Source of the DNA: Chromatiales bacterium
GTDB lineage: Bacteria; Pseudomonadota; Gammaproteobacteria; Steroidobacterales; BM003
Length of the DNA stretch: 58,208 nucleotides
Direction: 5' to 3'
NCBI GenBank assembly: GCA_002868855.1
Contig: PKUM01000126.1
Location: forward strand, 1-58,208
Shown here: in pieces, positions 42,011 through 50,579 of the stretch
Position numbering within the stretch: position 1 is the stretch's first letter
Layout: each line of letters opens with the position of its first letter
The notes under the pieces: generated by a model
Seen by the model: only the letters and a program-made list of their open reading frames with translations
Database searches by the model: none
What the model was told of the DNA's origin: nothing
Made by a program: the position numbers and the translations under genes

Positions 42011-42262
42011 GTGGGTTCTTACCAGGAAAGCGTCACCCTTATTTACGAAGCGCTCGAGCCTTTTCTTCAGCCCGGGCTGGTGCTAAGCGAGGATTCGGCT
42101 CTGGTCTCGGATCTGGGACTTAGCTCTCTTCAGGTAATGGAACTCGTTGCCGAAGTCGAGGACAGGCTCGATATCACCGTGCCGCTAAACGTCCTGCCGG
42201 ATGTGCGCAGTATCCGGCAGTTTGCCGAATTGCTTTCGCGACTGACCGGTGACGCAACATGA
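42011..42262 (+). CDS. Dedicated acyl carrier protein (sphingolipid ACP)
   Basis: 83-aa acidic protein with DLGLSSL..MELV..VED..DI; stop overlaps the spt start (ATGA). Confidence 0.85.
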   Translation: MGSYQESVTLIYEALEPFLQPGLVLSEDSALVSDLGLSSLQVMELVAEVEDRLDITVPLNVLPDVRSIRQFAELLSRLTGDAT

Positions 42263-43479
42263 GCCTGCTGGAGAAGTTCGAGCCGCTGAGTTCAATCCGC
42301 GAAGATCTGAACGCTCACGGCATGATGCCATTTGGTGTCGTAACGGAAAAAATCCTGTCGCCCACCGAAGGGATGGTCGACGGCAAACGTACCATCCTGG
42401 CCGGCACCAATAATTATCTGGGGCTGACATTTGCGCCGGAATGCGTTGCAGCGGCTCAGCAGGCCACCGCGGACGAGGGAACCGGAACCACCGGTTCGCG
42501 TATGGCAAATGGCACTTACAGCGGCCACCGCGCCCTCGAGCAGGAACTGGCACAGTTTTTTGGCCGCGAATCGGCCATGGTTTTTACGACGGGTTTCCTG
42601 GCGACGATGGGCATGGTCGCGACCCTGACCGGTCCCGGCGATGTATTGCTGATTGACGGCGACAGTCACGCGAGCATCTATGACGGCTGCAAACTGAGTG
42701 GCGCTGACATCGTACGATTTCGCCACAATGATCTGGCCGATCTCGAGAAACGCCTGCGGCGGCTGGGCGAACGGACGGCCAACACTCTCATCGTATCGGA
42801 AGGCCTGTACAGCATGATGGGTGATCAGGCGCCACTGGCCGGCATTGTTGAGCTGAAACGGAAATACGGTGGCTATCTTCTGCTCGACGAGGCGCACTCG
42901 GTAGGTGTGCTAGGCGCGCACGGTCGCGGACTTGCGGAAGCAGCCGGAGTCGAGGACGAGGTTGATTTTGTGGTTGGCACATTCAGCAAGAGTCTTGGCT
43001 CGGTCGGTGGCTTCTGCGTCAGCAGCCGTCCCGAACTCGAACTGATTCGCATGGCTGCCCGCGCCTATATTTTTACTGCCTCGCCGACGCCTTCGGTCGT
43101 GGCCTCGACGCGTGCGGCGCTTAGACTCGTCGCAGCACATCCGGAACTGCGGGAAAAGTTGTGGCGCAATGCTACGCGGCTCTACGACGGGCTGGCAAAA
43201 ATCGGCTATCAACTGGGCCCGCAGGCTGGCCCGGTCGTCGCTGTTTTCGTGGATGATCGCGAGCAAGCGATTGCGGGCTGGCATCAGCTGCTGGCCGCCG
43301 GCGTCTACGTCAATCTGGTGCTTCCCCCGGCGACGCCAACCGGCGCAAGCCTGCTGCGATGCAGCCTGAGCGCGGCGCACACGGACGAACAGATTGACAA
43401 GATCCTGGAAGCGTTTGCCGGTTTACCTGTCGCGGCGGGTGTACCAGCGCCATCGCAGGCGCGTTCCCAGAACGTTTAG
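42259..43479 (+). CDS. spt: Serine palmitoyltransferase (PLP-dependent alpha-oxoamine synthase)
   Basis: GTNNYLG, GTTGSRMANG, DSHASI, DEAHS, GTFSKSLG (PLP Lys), YIFTAS, VYVN...PPATP, LLRCS; coupled to ACP and clustered with bCerS, CerR and acyl ligase; a separate kbl exists at 6490. Confidence 0.88.
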   Translation: MSLLEKFEPLSSIREDLNAHGMMPFGVVTEKILSPTEGMVDGKRTILAGTNNYLGLTFAPECVAAAQQATADEGTGTTGSRMANGTYSGHRALEQELAQFFGRESAMVFTTGFLATMGMVATLTGPGDVLLIDGDSHASIYDGCKLSGADIVRFRHNDLADLEKRLRRLGERTANTLIVSEGLYSMMGDQAPLAGIVELKRKYGGYLLLDEAHSVGVLGAHGRGLAEAAGVEDEVDFVVGTFSKSLGSVGGFCVSSRPELELIRMAARAYIFTASPTPSVVASTRAALRLVAAHPELREKLWRNATRLYDGLAKIGYQLGPQAGPVVAVFVDDREQAIAGWHQLLAAGVYVNLVLPPATPTGASLLRCSLSAAHTDEQIDKILEAFAGLPVAAGVPAPSQARSQNV

Positions 43480-43509
43480 GCGAACACGCTCGCAGTAGGA
43501 TCCGCGAAC

Positions 43510-45261
43510 TTATGTGGTGCCCGATACCGACACCGCCCCCTCGCCGCCAGCGCGACGACCATCGACGAGTTTCCCATTGGCAAGCCGATAGACCCTATCG
43601 GCAATCTCCGCGAGCGCCGGCTGATGCGAAACGGCGAGGATGGTCAGGTCGCCTTTCAAATGGGTCAGAGTCGCGCAAATTTCCGCTTCGCTGGACGGGT
43701 CGAGCGCGCTGGTGGCCTCATCGAGTACTAGCAGACGCGGATTATGCGCCAGCGCCCGTGCCAGCATTATGCGCTGGCGCTGACCTGAACTCAGGCGCGC
43801 ACCGCCCTCGCCGACGGTTGCGTGAATCCCGCCGGGCATCTCCGTGACAAAATCCCACGCCTCGGCTGCACGCAATGCCCGCTCCGCCTGTTGCTCGCCG
43901 AGTTCCGGGTCACTGAGCGTGACGTTGTTCAACACGCTGTCATGCAGCAAAAGGGTCTCCTGCGGCACATACCCGAGCTGGCGACGCCAACTCCGGATAT
44001 CGAGCTCTCCCATTGGTCTTCCATCGATCAGTACTTCGCCATCGGTCGGGCGCTGCAGACCCATAATCAGATCGAGGACCGTGGTCTTGCCGGACCCGGA
44101 CGGACCGATCAACGTGGTCAGGCAACCCGCCGGAATCTCGATAGTCACATCGTCGAGAACCTTTTGTTCGCCATGGGCAAAACTGACGCCGCGTAAGGAT
44201 ATCCCCTGTGCCAGGGGCGGCGCCGGTTCGCCGGCCACATTTTCACGACTCTCGACAGCCTCGTCGACCGCCTCCTGCAGTGACCAGTAAGCACTGCCCG
44301 CCGCAACCATTTTCTGGTAGTACTTCTGAATCTTGCCAAGCTGACTCAACACCTTGGTCAGCACGATCAGCAACACCATGACTTCGGCTATGGGCATCTG
44401 CCATTTCTGCAGCAGAATGAACATTCCGAGCGCCATTACGGTCGCAAACAGCGGCTCTTGCACAGCGCTCAACGCTGCCTTGCTAAAAACCTCTTTTTCC
44501 AGCGCCCTATTGACTTTGTTCGTCTCGACCGCGAGCACTCCGCCAGCGAGATCTTCACGCCCCATCGCCTTGAGGCTGCGCACCGAACGCAGCGTGTCGG
44601 TCATCCGGGCGAGCAGCGATTTCATCCATACCGTCTGCCGCTTGCCTGCGCGACGCGTCATCCTCACCAGGAAATGCGAAATCGCGAGAATAAACACTGC
44701 CGCGATCAGCGACGCCACCACGGCCTGCCACGAAACTGCAAGCGCGACGGCGCTATAGACCATTGCCTGGATAAGCAACGCGACGATCGTCGCGCCGAAC
44801 TCGTACGCCTGGGCCGCCCGCCATGCCTCGGTCGCCATGCTGTTGGTCAAGCGCCCGGTGGGTTGAGTGACGAAGTAACCCCATTTGGACTCGAGAACAC
44901 TGTTCAGAAGTCTGAGCCGAAGATCCGTGGCCACCCTGGCCTTGGTGTACCCCACCTGCTTTTCCGCGAACAAGACCAGCACATTTTTCAGGAAGACGCC
45001 AATTACAACGAATATCAGCAGGCTGCCTATCGAGGGTTCGACACCGAATTTATCCAGCAGACCAGTAACGAAGTCGGTCACACTGTTGTCCGGTAGCACT
45101 GGCTCCGAATCGGACCCGTCCCCGGCCTGAACCGCAAAACTGGCCAGAGGCAAAAGCGCCGACAGGCTGGAGCCCTCCGCTATTCCGGCCAGAAGCAGAG
45201 CGGTAACCATCAAAAAACTCTGCCACGGGTAGGACCGGGCGTATGTCAGCATCAGTTCCAT
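43510..45261 (-). CDS. MsbA-like ABC exporter (fused TMD-NBD), putative lipid flippase
   Basis: N-terminal TM domain, GPSGSGKTT, YVPQE, LSSGQRQR, LDEATSALD, SH. Confidence 0.88.
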   Translation of the reverse strand: MELMLTYARSYPWQSFLMVTALLLAGIAEGSSLSALLPLASFAVQAGDGSDSEPVLPDNSVTDFVTGLLDKFGVEPSIGSLLIFVVIGVFLKNVLVLFAEKQVGYTKARVATDLRLRLLNSVLESKWGYFVTQPTGRLTNSMATEAWRAAQAYEFGATIVALLIQAMVYSAVALAVSWQAVVASLIAAVFILAISHFLVRMTRRAGKRQTVWMKSLLARMTDTLRSVRSLKAMGREDLAGGVLAVETNKVNRALEKEVFSKAALSAVQEPLFATVMALGMFILLQKWQMPIAEVMVLLIVLTKVLSQLGKIQKYYQKMVAAGSAYWSLQEAVDEAVESRENVAGEPAPPLAQGISLRGVSFAHGEQKVLDDVTIEIPAGCLTTLIGPSGSGKTTVLDLIMGLQRPTDGEVLIDGRPMGELDIRSWRRQLGYVPQETLLLHDSVLNNVTLSDPELGEQQAERALRAAEAWDFVTEMPGGIHATVGEGGARLSSGQRQRIMLARALAHNPRLLVLDEATSALDPSSEAEICATLTHLKGDLTILAVSHQPALAEIADRVYRLANGKLVDGRRAGGEGAVSVSGTT

Positions 45262-45472
45262 GTGACGGTCAGAATTCTCTCGGTCTGATTCACAATGCGT
45301 ACGGCTCGCATCATGTCTATTACAGGATGCCCGGTGAGCAACAAACAACCTTTATGCCGTTCAGCGGATCAGGCGGGAAATGCACCCCGTACAGTCGCGG
45401 CAGTGAGCTCGCATTATACACTCGGCTAACGCTTGCTTCCTGTTGCCGCGACAAGCATTACAATGCGCTCCC

Positions 45473-46612
45473 ATGAGCGCCGATCGCGACAGACCGCACC
45501 CAGATAAGCAATTGCAGCCGCAGCCTCGAGTTTGGGCGCTGCTCGGTCACAAAGCCGGCGACAACAACCAGGTACTGGCGCTCGCCGAGGCACTTGGTCT
45601 GCCGTTCGAAAAGAAAGTTTTCTCGTATCGGCGCAGCGAGTTGCTCAGCAACCTCTTTCTCGGTCCGACCCTTCTGGGCACACGAGGCAGCGAATCGTCC
45701 GTGCTCGAGCCGCCCTGGCCTGACCTCGTCATCACATCCGGGCGGCGAAACGAACCCGTTGCGCGCTGGATCCGCGAGCAAGGGGGACCTGGAGTACGGA
45801 TCGTGCATATTGGGAGGCCATGGGCCCATCCCGAAAATTTCGATCTTGTCATTACCACTCCGCAATACGAACTCGCCGAGGCAGGCAATGTCATGCGCCG
45901 CGAGCTACCCATGCACCGCGTGGAGTCGGCAAAAGTAAGCGCCGCGGTAAGCGCGTGGAAACCCAGGCTCAGTCATCTCGCCCCGCCCTACATTGCCGTT
46001 TTGATCGGCGGCCAGAGCGGCCCGTATTACCTGGACACGAAAAAGGCCCGCCGGCTCGCCCACGAAGCCAGCGCGTTGGCGCGATCACTGCACGGTGCCC
46101 TGCTGGTCACATCGAGTGCGCGCACCCCGGCAGCGGTAATCGATGCATTTGTCGATGCGGTCGAAGCGCCGAACTTCGTATATCGATGGGCACCTGGCAA
46201 CGGCGAGAATCCGTACCTCGCGTTCCTCGGGCTGGCCGACGCCTTCATTGTCACCAGCGAGAGCATGTCTATGCTCGCCGAAGCCTGCGCGATGCAAAAA
46301 CCGGTTTACATGTTCGACATGGACGACCGCGCAGGCGGCGACGGCCAGCCGGCCCTACCCGGGCTCCAGGCAACCGCGGCCGAGCGCTGGATCAATGCGC
46401 TGCGTTACAAGGCGTGGACCCATCGCCTGGCACAGGGCCTGGCACCCCGGAGAATGCGGCGCGATATCGGTCGTATGCACCGGGCGTTGCTGGCTTCGGG
46501 CCGCGCCGTATGGCTGGGGCAGCGGTTTCCGGACGTTGCGCCGCCGCCTTTACCGGATGGTTCCCGCGCGGTGGAGCGAGTTCGCGATCTGCTGGCTCTG
46601 CCCGACGAATAG
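45473..46612 (+). CDS. ELM1/GtrOC1-family putative glycosyltransferase, paralog 3
   Basis: HKAGDNNQVLALAEALG, PPWPDLVITSGRR, FDLVITTPQY, VLIGG, TSSARTP, NPYLAFL..AD..IVTSESMSMLAEA. Confidence 0.82.
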   Translation: MSADRDRPHPDKQLQPQPRVWALLGHKAGDNNQVLALAEALGLPFEKKVFSYRRSELLSNLFLGPTLLGTRGSESSVLEPPWPDLVITSGRRNEPVARWIREQGGPGVRIVHIGRPWAHPENFDLVITTPQYELAEAGNVMRRELPMHRVESAKVSAAVSAWKPRLSHLAPPYIAVLIGGQSGPYYLDTKKARRLAHEASALARSLHGALLVTSSARTPAAVIDAFVDAVEAPNFVYRWAPGNGENPYLAFLGLADAFIVTSESMSMLAEACAMQKPVYMFDMDDRAGGDGQPALPGLQATAAERWINALRYKAWTHRLAQGLAPRRMRRDIGRMHRALLASGRAVWLGQRFPDVAPPPLPDGSRAVERVRDLLALPDE

Positions 46613-46641
46613 CGGGCCACGTTCGATTCAGGCGCGGACCA

Positions 46642-47580
46642 TCATGCAGCAGGCAATTCCATGGGCAGGCCCGGCCCAGGATGCAGTGGCCGGGTCCGCT
46701 CCAGGACCTCGAACGCATCATGGCGAACGTGGTTCGATGCCATCTCGCTGCGCAACATTTGCTCGGTGACTATGCCCTTGTCGACGCACTCCTTCAGCAA
46801 ACCGAAGAAGAACCGCTCCTGGTTCGGATCCGGATGACTGCGGTATTTGCCGAGAAATGCATACTCTCCGAACAGCCGCCGCCGCGCACGCATGATCCAG
46901 GCCAGCGGCGGGAACAAACGGAATCGTTCAGCTGGCCGCCAGTCGGTAGGTAATCCTGTTTTCCAGGGTTGGGTTTTGCGCCGCGTGTTGTGCAACAGAC
47001 GGGTATCGCTGGCCAGCCGGTCAAAGTCGTTCCATTGTTTTTCCAGCGGCCCGATTGATTCGGGATCTTCGGTTTTCAGGCAGATCCACGGCATATAGTC
47101 ACGCTTGAATTCAAACATCTCGCGGAATCCCTGTTCGGCATTCCAGTGAGTAAGCCGCGCGCAATCGAGAAGCATTACACTGCTGGCAAAACATTTGTCT
47201 ATGAACCCCTTCGGGCCCGAGCGCGCACGGCACAAAATAGACTTGCCTTGCATATCGCGATTAAGCAGTTCCCAGACATCGCCTACGGCAAAAATGTCGG
47301 GATCTATCACGACCGCCCGTCCCTGATAACCCATCAGCTCCGGGGGCATAAATCGCAATGGAGTAAAGGACTGCAGATCTTCGTAAAGCCAAACCCGACT
47401 AACTCCGTCACGCAGGTACATCTGGCCTTCGTATTCACGTAACCAAGGATAATCCTCGGTGTGAATCAACTTCACATCGAACTTGTCTGCATGCGCGGAA
47501 TTACGTTTGAGCGCGTACTGGGCAACCAGAGCGCCGACAATTTGCTTGTGATTCGTGTGGATGAAAACACAATGGTCCAC
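46642..47580 (-). CDS. GT-A/GT8-like (CDI-like) nucleotide-diphospho-sugar transferase
   Basis: SFT..RF..P.L.GY.G.A...DPD (DxD), SSVML.DC, WN..D, LH.T....PW. Confidence 0.65.
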   Translation of the reverse strand: MDHCVFIHTNHKQIVGALVAQYALKRNSAHADKFDVKLIHTEDYPWLREYEGQMYLRDGVSRVWLYEDLQSFTPLRFMPPELMGYQGRAVVIDPDIFAVGDVWELLNRDMQGKSILCRARSGPKGFIDKCFASSVMLLDCARLTHWNAEQGFREMFEFKRDYMPWICLKTEDPESIGPLEKQWNDFDRLASDTRLLHNTRRKTQPWKTGLPTDWRPAERFRLFPPLAWIMRARRRLFGEYAFLGKYRSHPDPNQERFFFGLLKECVDKGIVTEQMLRSEMASNHVRHDAFEVLERTRPLHPGPGLPMELPAA

Positions 47581-47709
47581 GATTAACGTACCTCTTCAAT
47601 GTATTGCAGCCACCGCCTTCGGAACACGGCTGGATCAGCGGAATTGCGACGGGGCATCAAAGCGCGGATTTTACCGTATCGCCCGGCAGTCGCGAAGGAG
47701 CAGGCAAAA

Positions 47710-48651
47710 TTATCGAAACGCTCCCTGACGGTATAGCCGCCACAGCTCCCCCCACAGAAAGATCAGAGGGTATCTCCGCGCCCGGTCGCTCAACGTGACC
47801 CGTACGCCGGTGTGACGCTCGAGTTTCCATACGGCATAGTCGAGACCACCGTCAAAAGTCGCTAAAGCCTTGAGCCAGCGCGCGATACTTAGACATTTGC
47901 CCTGCAGACCACGCACTCGCCAGCAAAATGCCGACCAGCGTCGCGCCCAGGCACTTGCGCTAAAACTGAGCGGCAACTGGTTTGCTGGCTCCACCTCGAT
48001 ATTCGTGGCCGCGGCTGCGCTATACGTAACAGCAGCAAAATACGGTGCCGACGAATCAGCGAGTTCAATTCCGCGCGTTCCCGATTCCGGCCGCAATTCA
48101 CTGCGATAACTGCGACTAAGGCCCTCTCTCCAGAGCTGCATGGCATCGAACTGCGCCGGCAAAACAGGAGCGGTACGAGACATCAGGGTGCACACCGCCC
48201 TGGCAAGGCAGTCGACGATAAATTCCCGTGTCGTCTCGTTTGCGGAAAAAACCAGCTGGCACGGCTGCGAAAATCTGCCCCACAGGTAGGAGTGAAACCA
48301 CCGCTCGCTGGTGCCACGGCGAAAATCCCGGCGCGATATCAGCGCATACTTGGTGCGTGCCACCGCACCGTCAATCTCCACTTCCATGTATTTGACAGTG
48401 GGCGGAATTATGAAATAAACAAGCGAGCGCCAGAAGGAAGACAACGCCGCAGGATAGCTGCTGACAACCACGTAAAGATCGACCACACCTTCGAGCGCAT
48501 CACCCTGGCGAAGACAGGACCCGTAGTAAAGGATGGCGTCCACGGCATCGCCATACCGTTGCCGCAATACGACTCCGAGTTGCTCCACCGCATCCGGCGA
48601 CTCGGCTGAGATCTGGCGGCTGATCAGTTGTTGGAGAGACGGCGCTGTCAT
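47710..48651 (-). CDS. Tam41/Mmp37-like lipid cytidylyltransferase (Pol-beta NTase fold)
   Basis: YYGSC...VVDLYVVV, KYALIS, SYLWGRFSQP, LS.SY..E.R, K...T..G.DYA..K follow the recalled Tam41 motif order. Confidence 0.6.
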   Translation of the reverse strand: MTAPSLQQLISRQISAESPDAVEQLGVVLRQRYGDAVDAILYYGSCLRQGDALEGVVDLYVVVSSYPAALSSFWRSLVYFIIPPTVKYMEVEIDGAVARTKYALISRRDFRRGTSERWFHSYLWGRFSQPCQLVFSANETTREFIVDCLARAVCTLMSRTAPVLPAQFDAMQLWREGLSRSYRSELRPESGTRGIELADSSAPYFAAVTYSAAAATNIEVEPANQLPLSFSASAWARRWSAFCWRVRGLQGKCLSIARWLKALATFDGGLDYAVWKLERHTGVRVTLSDRARRYPLIFLWGELWRLYRQGAFR

Positions 48652-48771
48652 CGCAACAAGCCTCGCACCGCGATGGGCGCTCGTTATTCCACGACATGTC
48701 GGATGGCAGTATATACTTCCGCGACGCCAAGCTGTGGAGGTGCCGCAATCGCATTCGCGAGCAAATCTTAT

Positions 48772-49761
48772 TTGCCTAGCCCACCGAACCCATCCGACTC
48801 GAACGAATCGTTACGCAGCGCGCCTCGTGACGAGCTCGTGTTCGCCCATCTGACCGACCCGCATCTCACCCGGCCCGATCCGGTAAATGGCGCCGATCTG
48901 GCGAACAAAAGGATACTTGGCTATCTGTCATGGAGGCGCCGACGGCACGCCATTCATCGCAGTGACATCATTGAGGCCCTGGTGACGGATTTGCATGCGC
49001 AAACTCCGGACCATATCGCTGTCACCGGAGACCTTACCCAGATCGGCCTTCCAGGCGAGTGTCGCGATGCCCGAACATGGCTGGAGAATCTTGGGCCAAG
49101 CGCGAAGATCAGCGTGGTCCCCGGCAATCACGATCAGTATGTCGACGCGCCATGGAAAGAAACGCTTGGACTCTGGTACGACTACATGGCCTCGGATGCG
49201 GGTTCGGCCTCGAATGAGCTTTTCCCGAGTATCCGGGTGCGCGGGCCGGTTGCCTTCATTGGCGTATCCTCCGTCTACCCTTGCCCGCCGCTACTGGCCA
49301 CCGGGCGGGTTGGAAAAACCCAGCGTGAGGCGCTGGAAAAGGTGCTCCGAGAAACCAGCGATCGCGGATTATGCCGGGTAGTTCTGATCCATCACCCCCC
49401 TGTTCCCGACAGTTACAAGTGGCGAAAACGTCTCGAGGATGCGCGTGAAACCTGTGCGATTTTGCGCTCGGCGGGAGCAGATCTGGTTTTGCACGGACAT
49501 ACCCATCGACTGATGCTCAACGAACTGGAAAGCGAAACCGGTAATCTGCCTGTATTCGGCCTTTCGTCAGCATCGGCCGGAGATCACGAGTTCGAGCGCC
49601 GCGCCCGCTATTTTCTGTATCGCGTCAGCCGCGATGACCACGGCATCGGGATAACCTGGTCGTCGCGAGTCTTTGATCCCGAATCGGCCGAATTCCGGAT
49701 GGAAAGCGACTGGCGAAGTATTTCGCAAATAGCCCGGGCGTTGCGCGCCGATCAGGGCTAG
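48772..49761 (+). CDS. Calcineurin-like metallophosphoesterase
   Basis: D.H (TDPH), TGDL, PGNHD, HHPP, HGHTH; start uncertain (48703 ATG or 48772 TTG). Confidence 0.88.
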   Translation: MPSPPNPSDSNESLRSAPRDELVFAHLTDPHLTRPDPVNGADLANKRILGYLSWRRRRHAIHRSDIIEALVTDLHAQTPDHIAVTGDLTQIGLPGECRDARTWLENLGPSAKISVVPGNHDQYVDAPWKETLGLWYDYMASDAGSASNELFPSIRVRGPVAFIGVSSVYPCPPLLATGRVGKTQREALEKVLRETSDRGLCRVVLIHHPPVPDSYKWRKRLEDARETCAILRSAGADLVLHGHTHRLMLNELESETGNLPVFGLSSASAGDHEFERRARYFLYRVSRDDHGIGITWSSRVFDPESAEFRMESDWRSISQIARALRADQG

Positions 49762-50567
49762 CCAGGCTCACGCGCCGCGACCATCGCCCTGACCCGACGC
49801 AGGTCTTCCGCACTGTCCACATCTATCGCCGCTTCGCCGTGCTTCATCAGCACTGGTGCCACCGTCGCGCCGCTGCGCCGGGACAACGCCCCCAGCCCCT
49901 GACTCAGCGAGAGGCGGCCACTGACGAAGCGCAGCAGGGTAAACAAACCGAGACTGCGAATAACGCGGACCGGGTTTTTGCGATGGGCCTCGACCCGGCG
50001 CCAAAAACCAACGGCGTCGCGACCGCGCTGGGTCATGAACGCAAAGAGATTACAGCCGCAGTAATCACCATCGCTAAATCGGCTGACTGTCCGCCGTGTA
50101 TCCGGAGAGGCGGCGAGGACCTTTTGATGGGTTGCAAGGGCAATGGCCACATCGGCGCCGCAAGTGCGCGCTCCGCCGCAGAACTCATCCACATATTCGC
50201 TTTGCAGCAAAGCATGATCCGCAGTCGTGACCAGCACAGGCGCAGCCGAATCGAGCGTTTCCAGTGCGGCGATTACACTTCGACTCGGGGTCTCGGCTCC
50301 CATCACGCGACGCACAGAGCGCGCCGCCAAAACCGCCTCTACATCTGCCGGTAGCTCCCCGCTCAAACCCACTACCACGATCTCGGAGACCGACTGACTC
50401 GTCGCAAGCGCTGCGATTACCCGGCTAACCATCGCGACGCCACCAATCTCGGCAAGCGCCTTGGCGCGAACCCCCGCGGCTTCGGCTACCGGGTCGGAGG
50501 GTCCACGACTGCCCGCAAGCACTATCGCGATGAATTTCTGGCCCGTTTGCGCCTGATCACTGGCCAT
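49758..50567 (-). CDS. MobA-like NTP transferase (probable cytidylyltransferase, CpgD-like)
   Basis: IVLAGSRG, KAL..IGG..M, TTADHALL, IDVD...D. Confidence 0.78.
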   Translation of the reverse strand: MASDQAQTGQKFIAIVLAGSRGPSDPVAEAAGVRAKALAEIGGVAMVSRVIAALATSQSVSEIVVVGLSGELPADVEAVLAARSVRRVMGAETPSRSVIAALETLDSAAPVLVTTADHALLQSEYVDEFCGGARTCGADVAIALATHQKVLAASPDTRRTVSRFSDGDYCGCNLFAFMTQRGRDAVGFWRRVEAHRKNPVRVIRSLGLFTLLRFVSGRLSLSQGLGALSRRSGATVAPVLMKHGEAAIDVDSAEDLRRVRAMVAAREPG

Positions 50568-50579
50568 GGCTGCTAGTAC

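Noticed and set aside
42259-43479. Annotation as BioF or a second Kbl
   Set aside because: No bio genes nearby; a true kbl sits with tdh; the GSRMANG, GTFSKS and YVN...PPATP motifs and the ACP/bCerS/CerR context favour Spt
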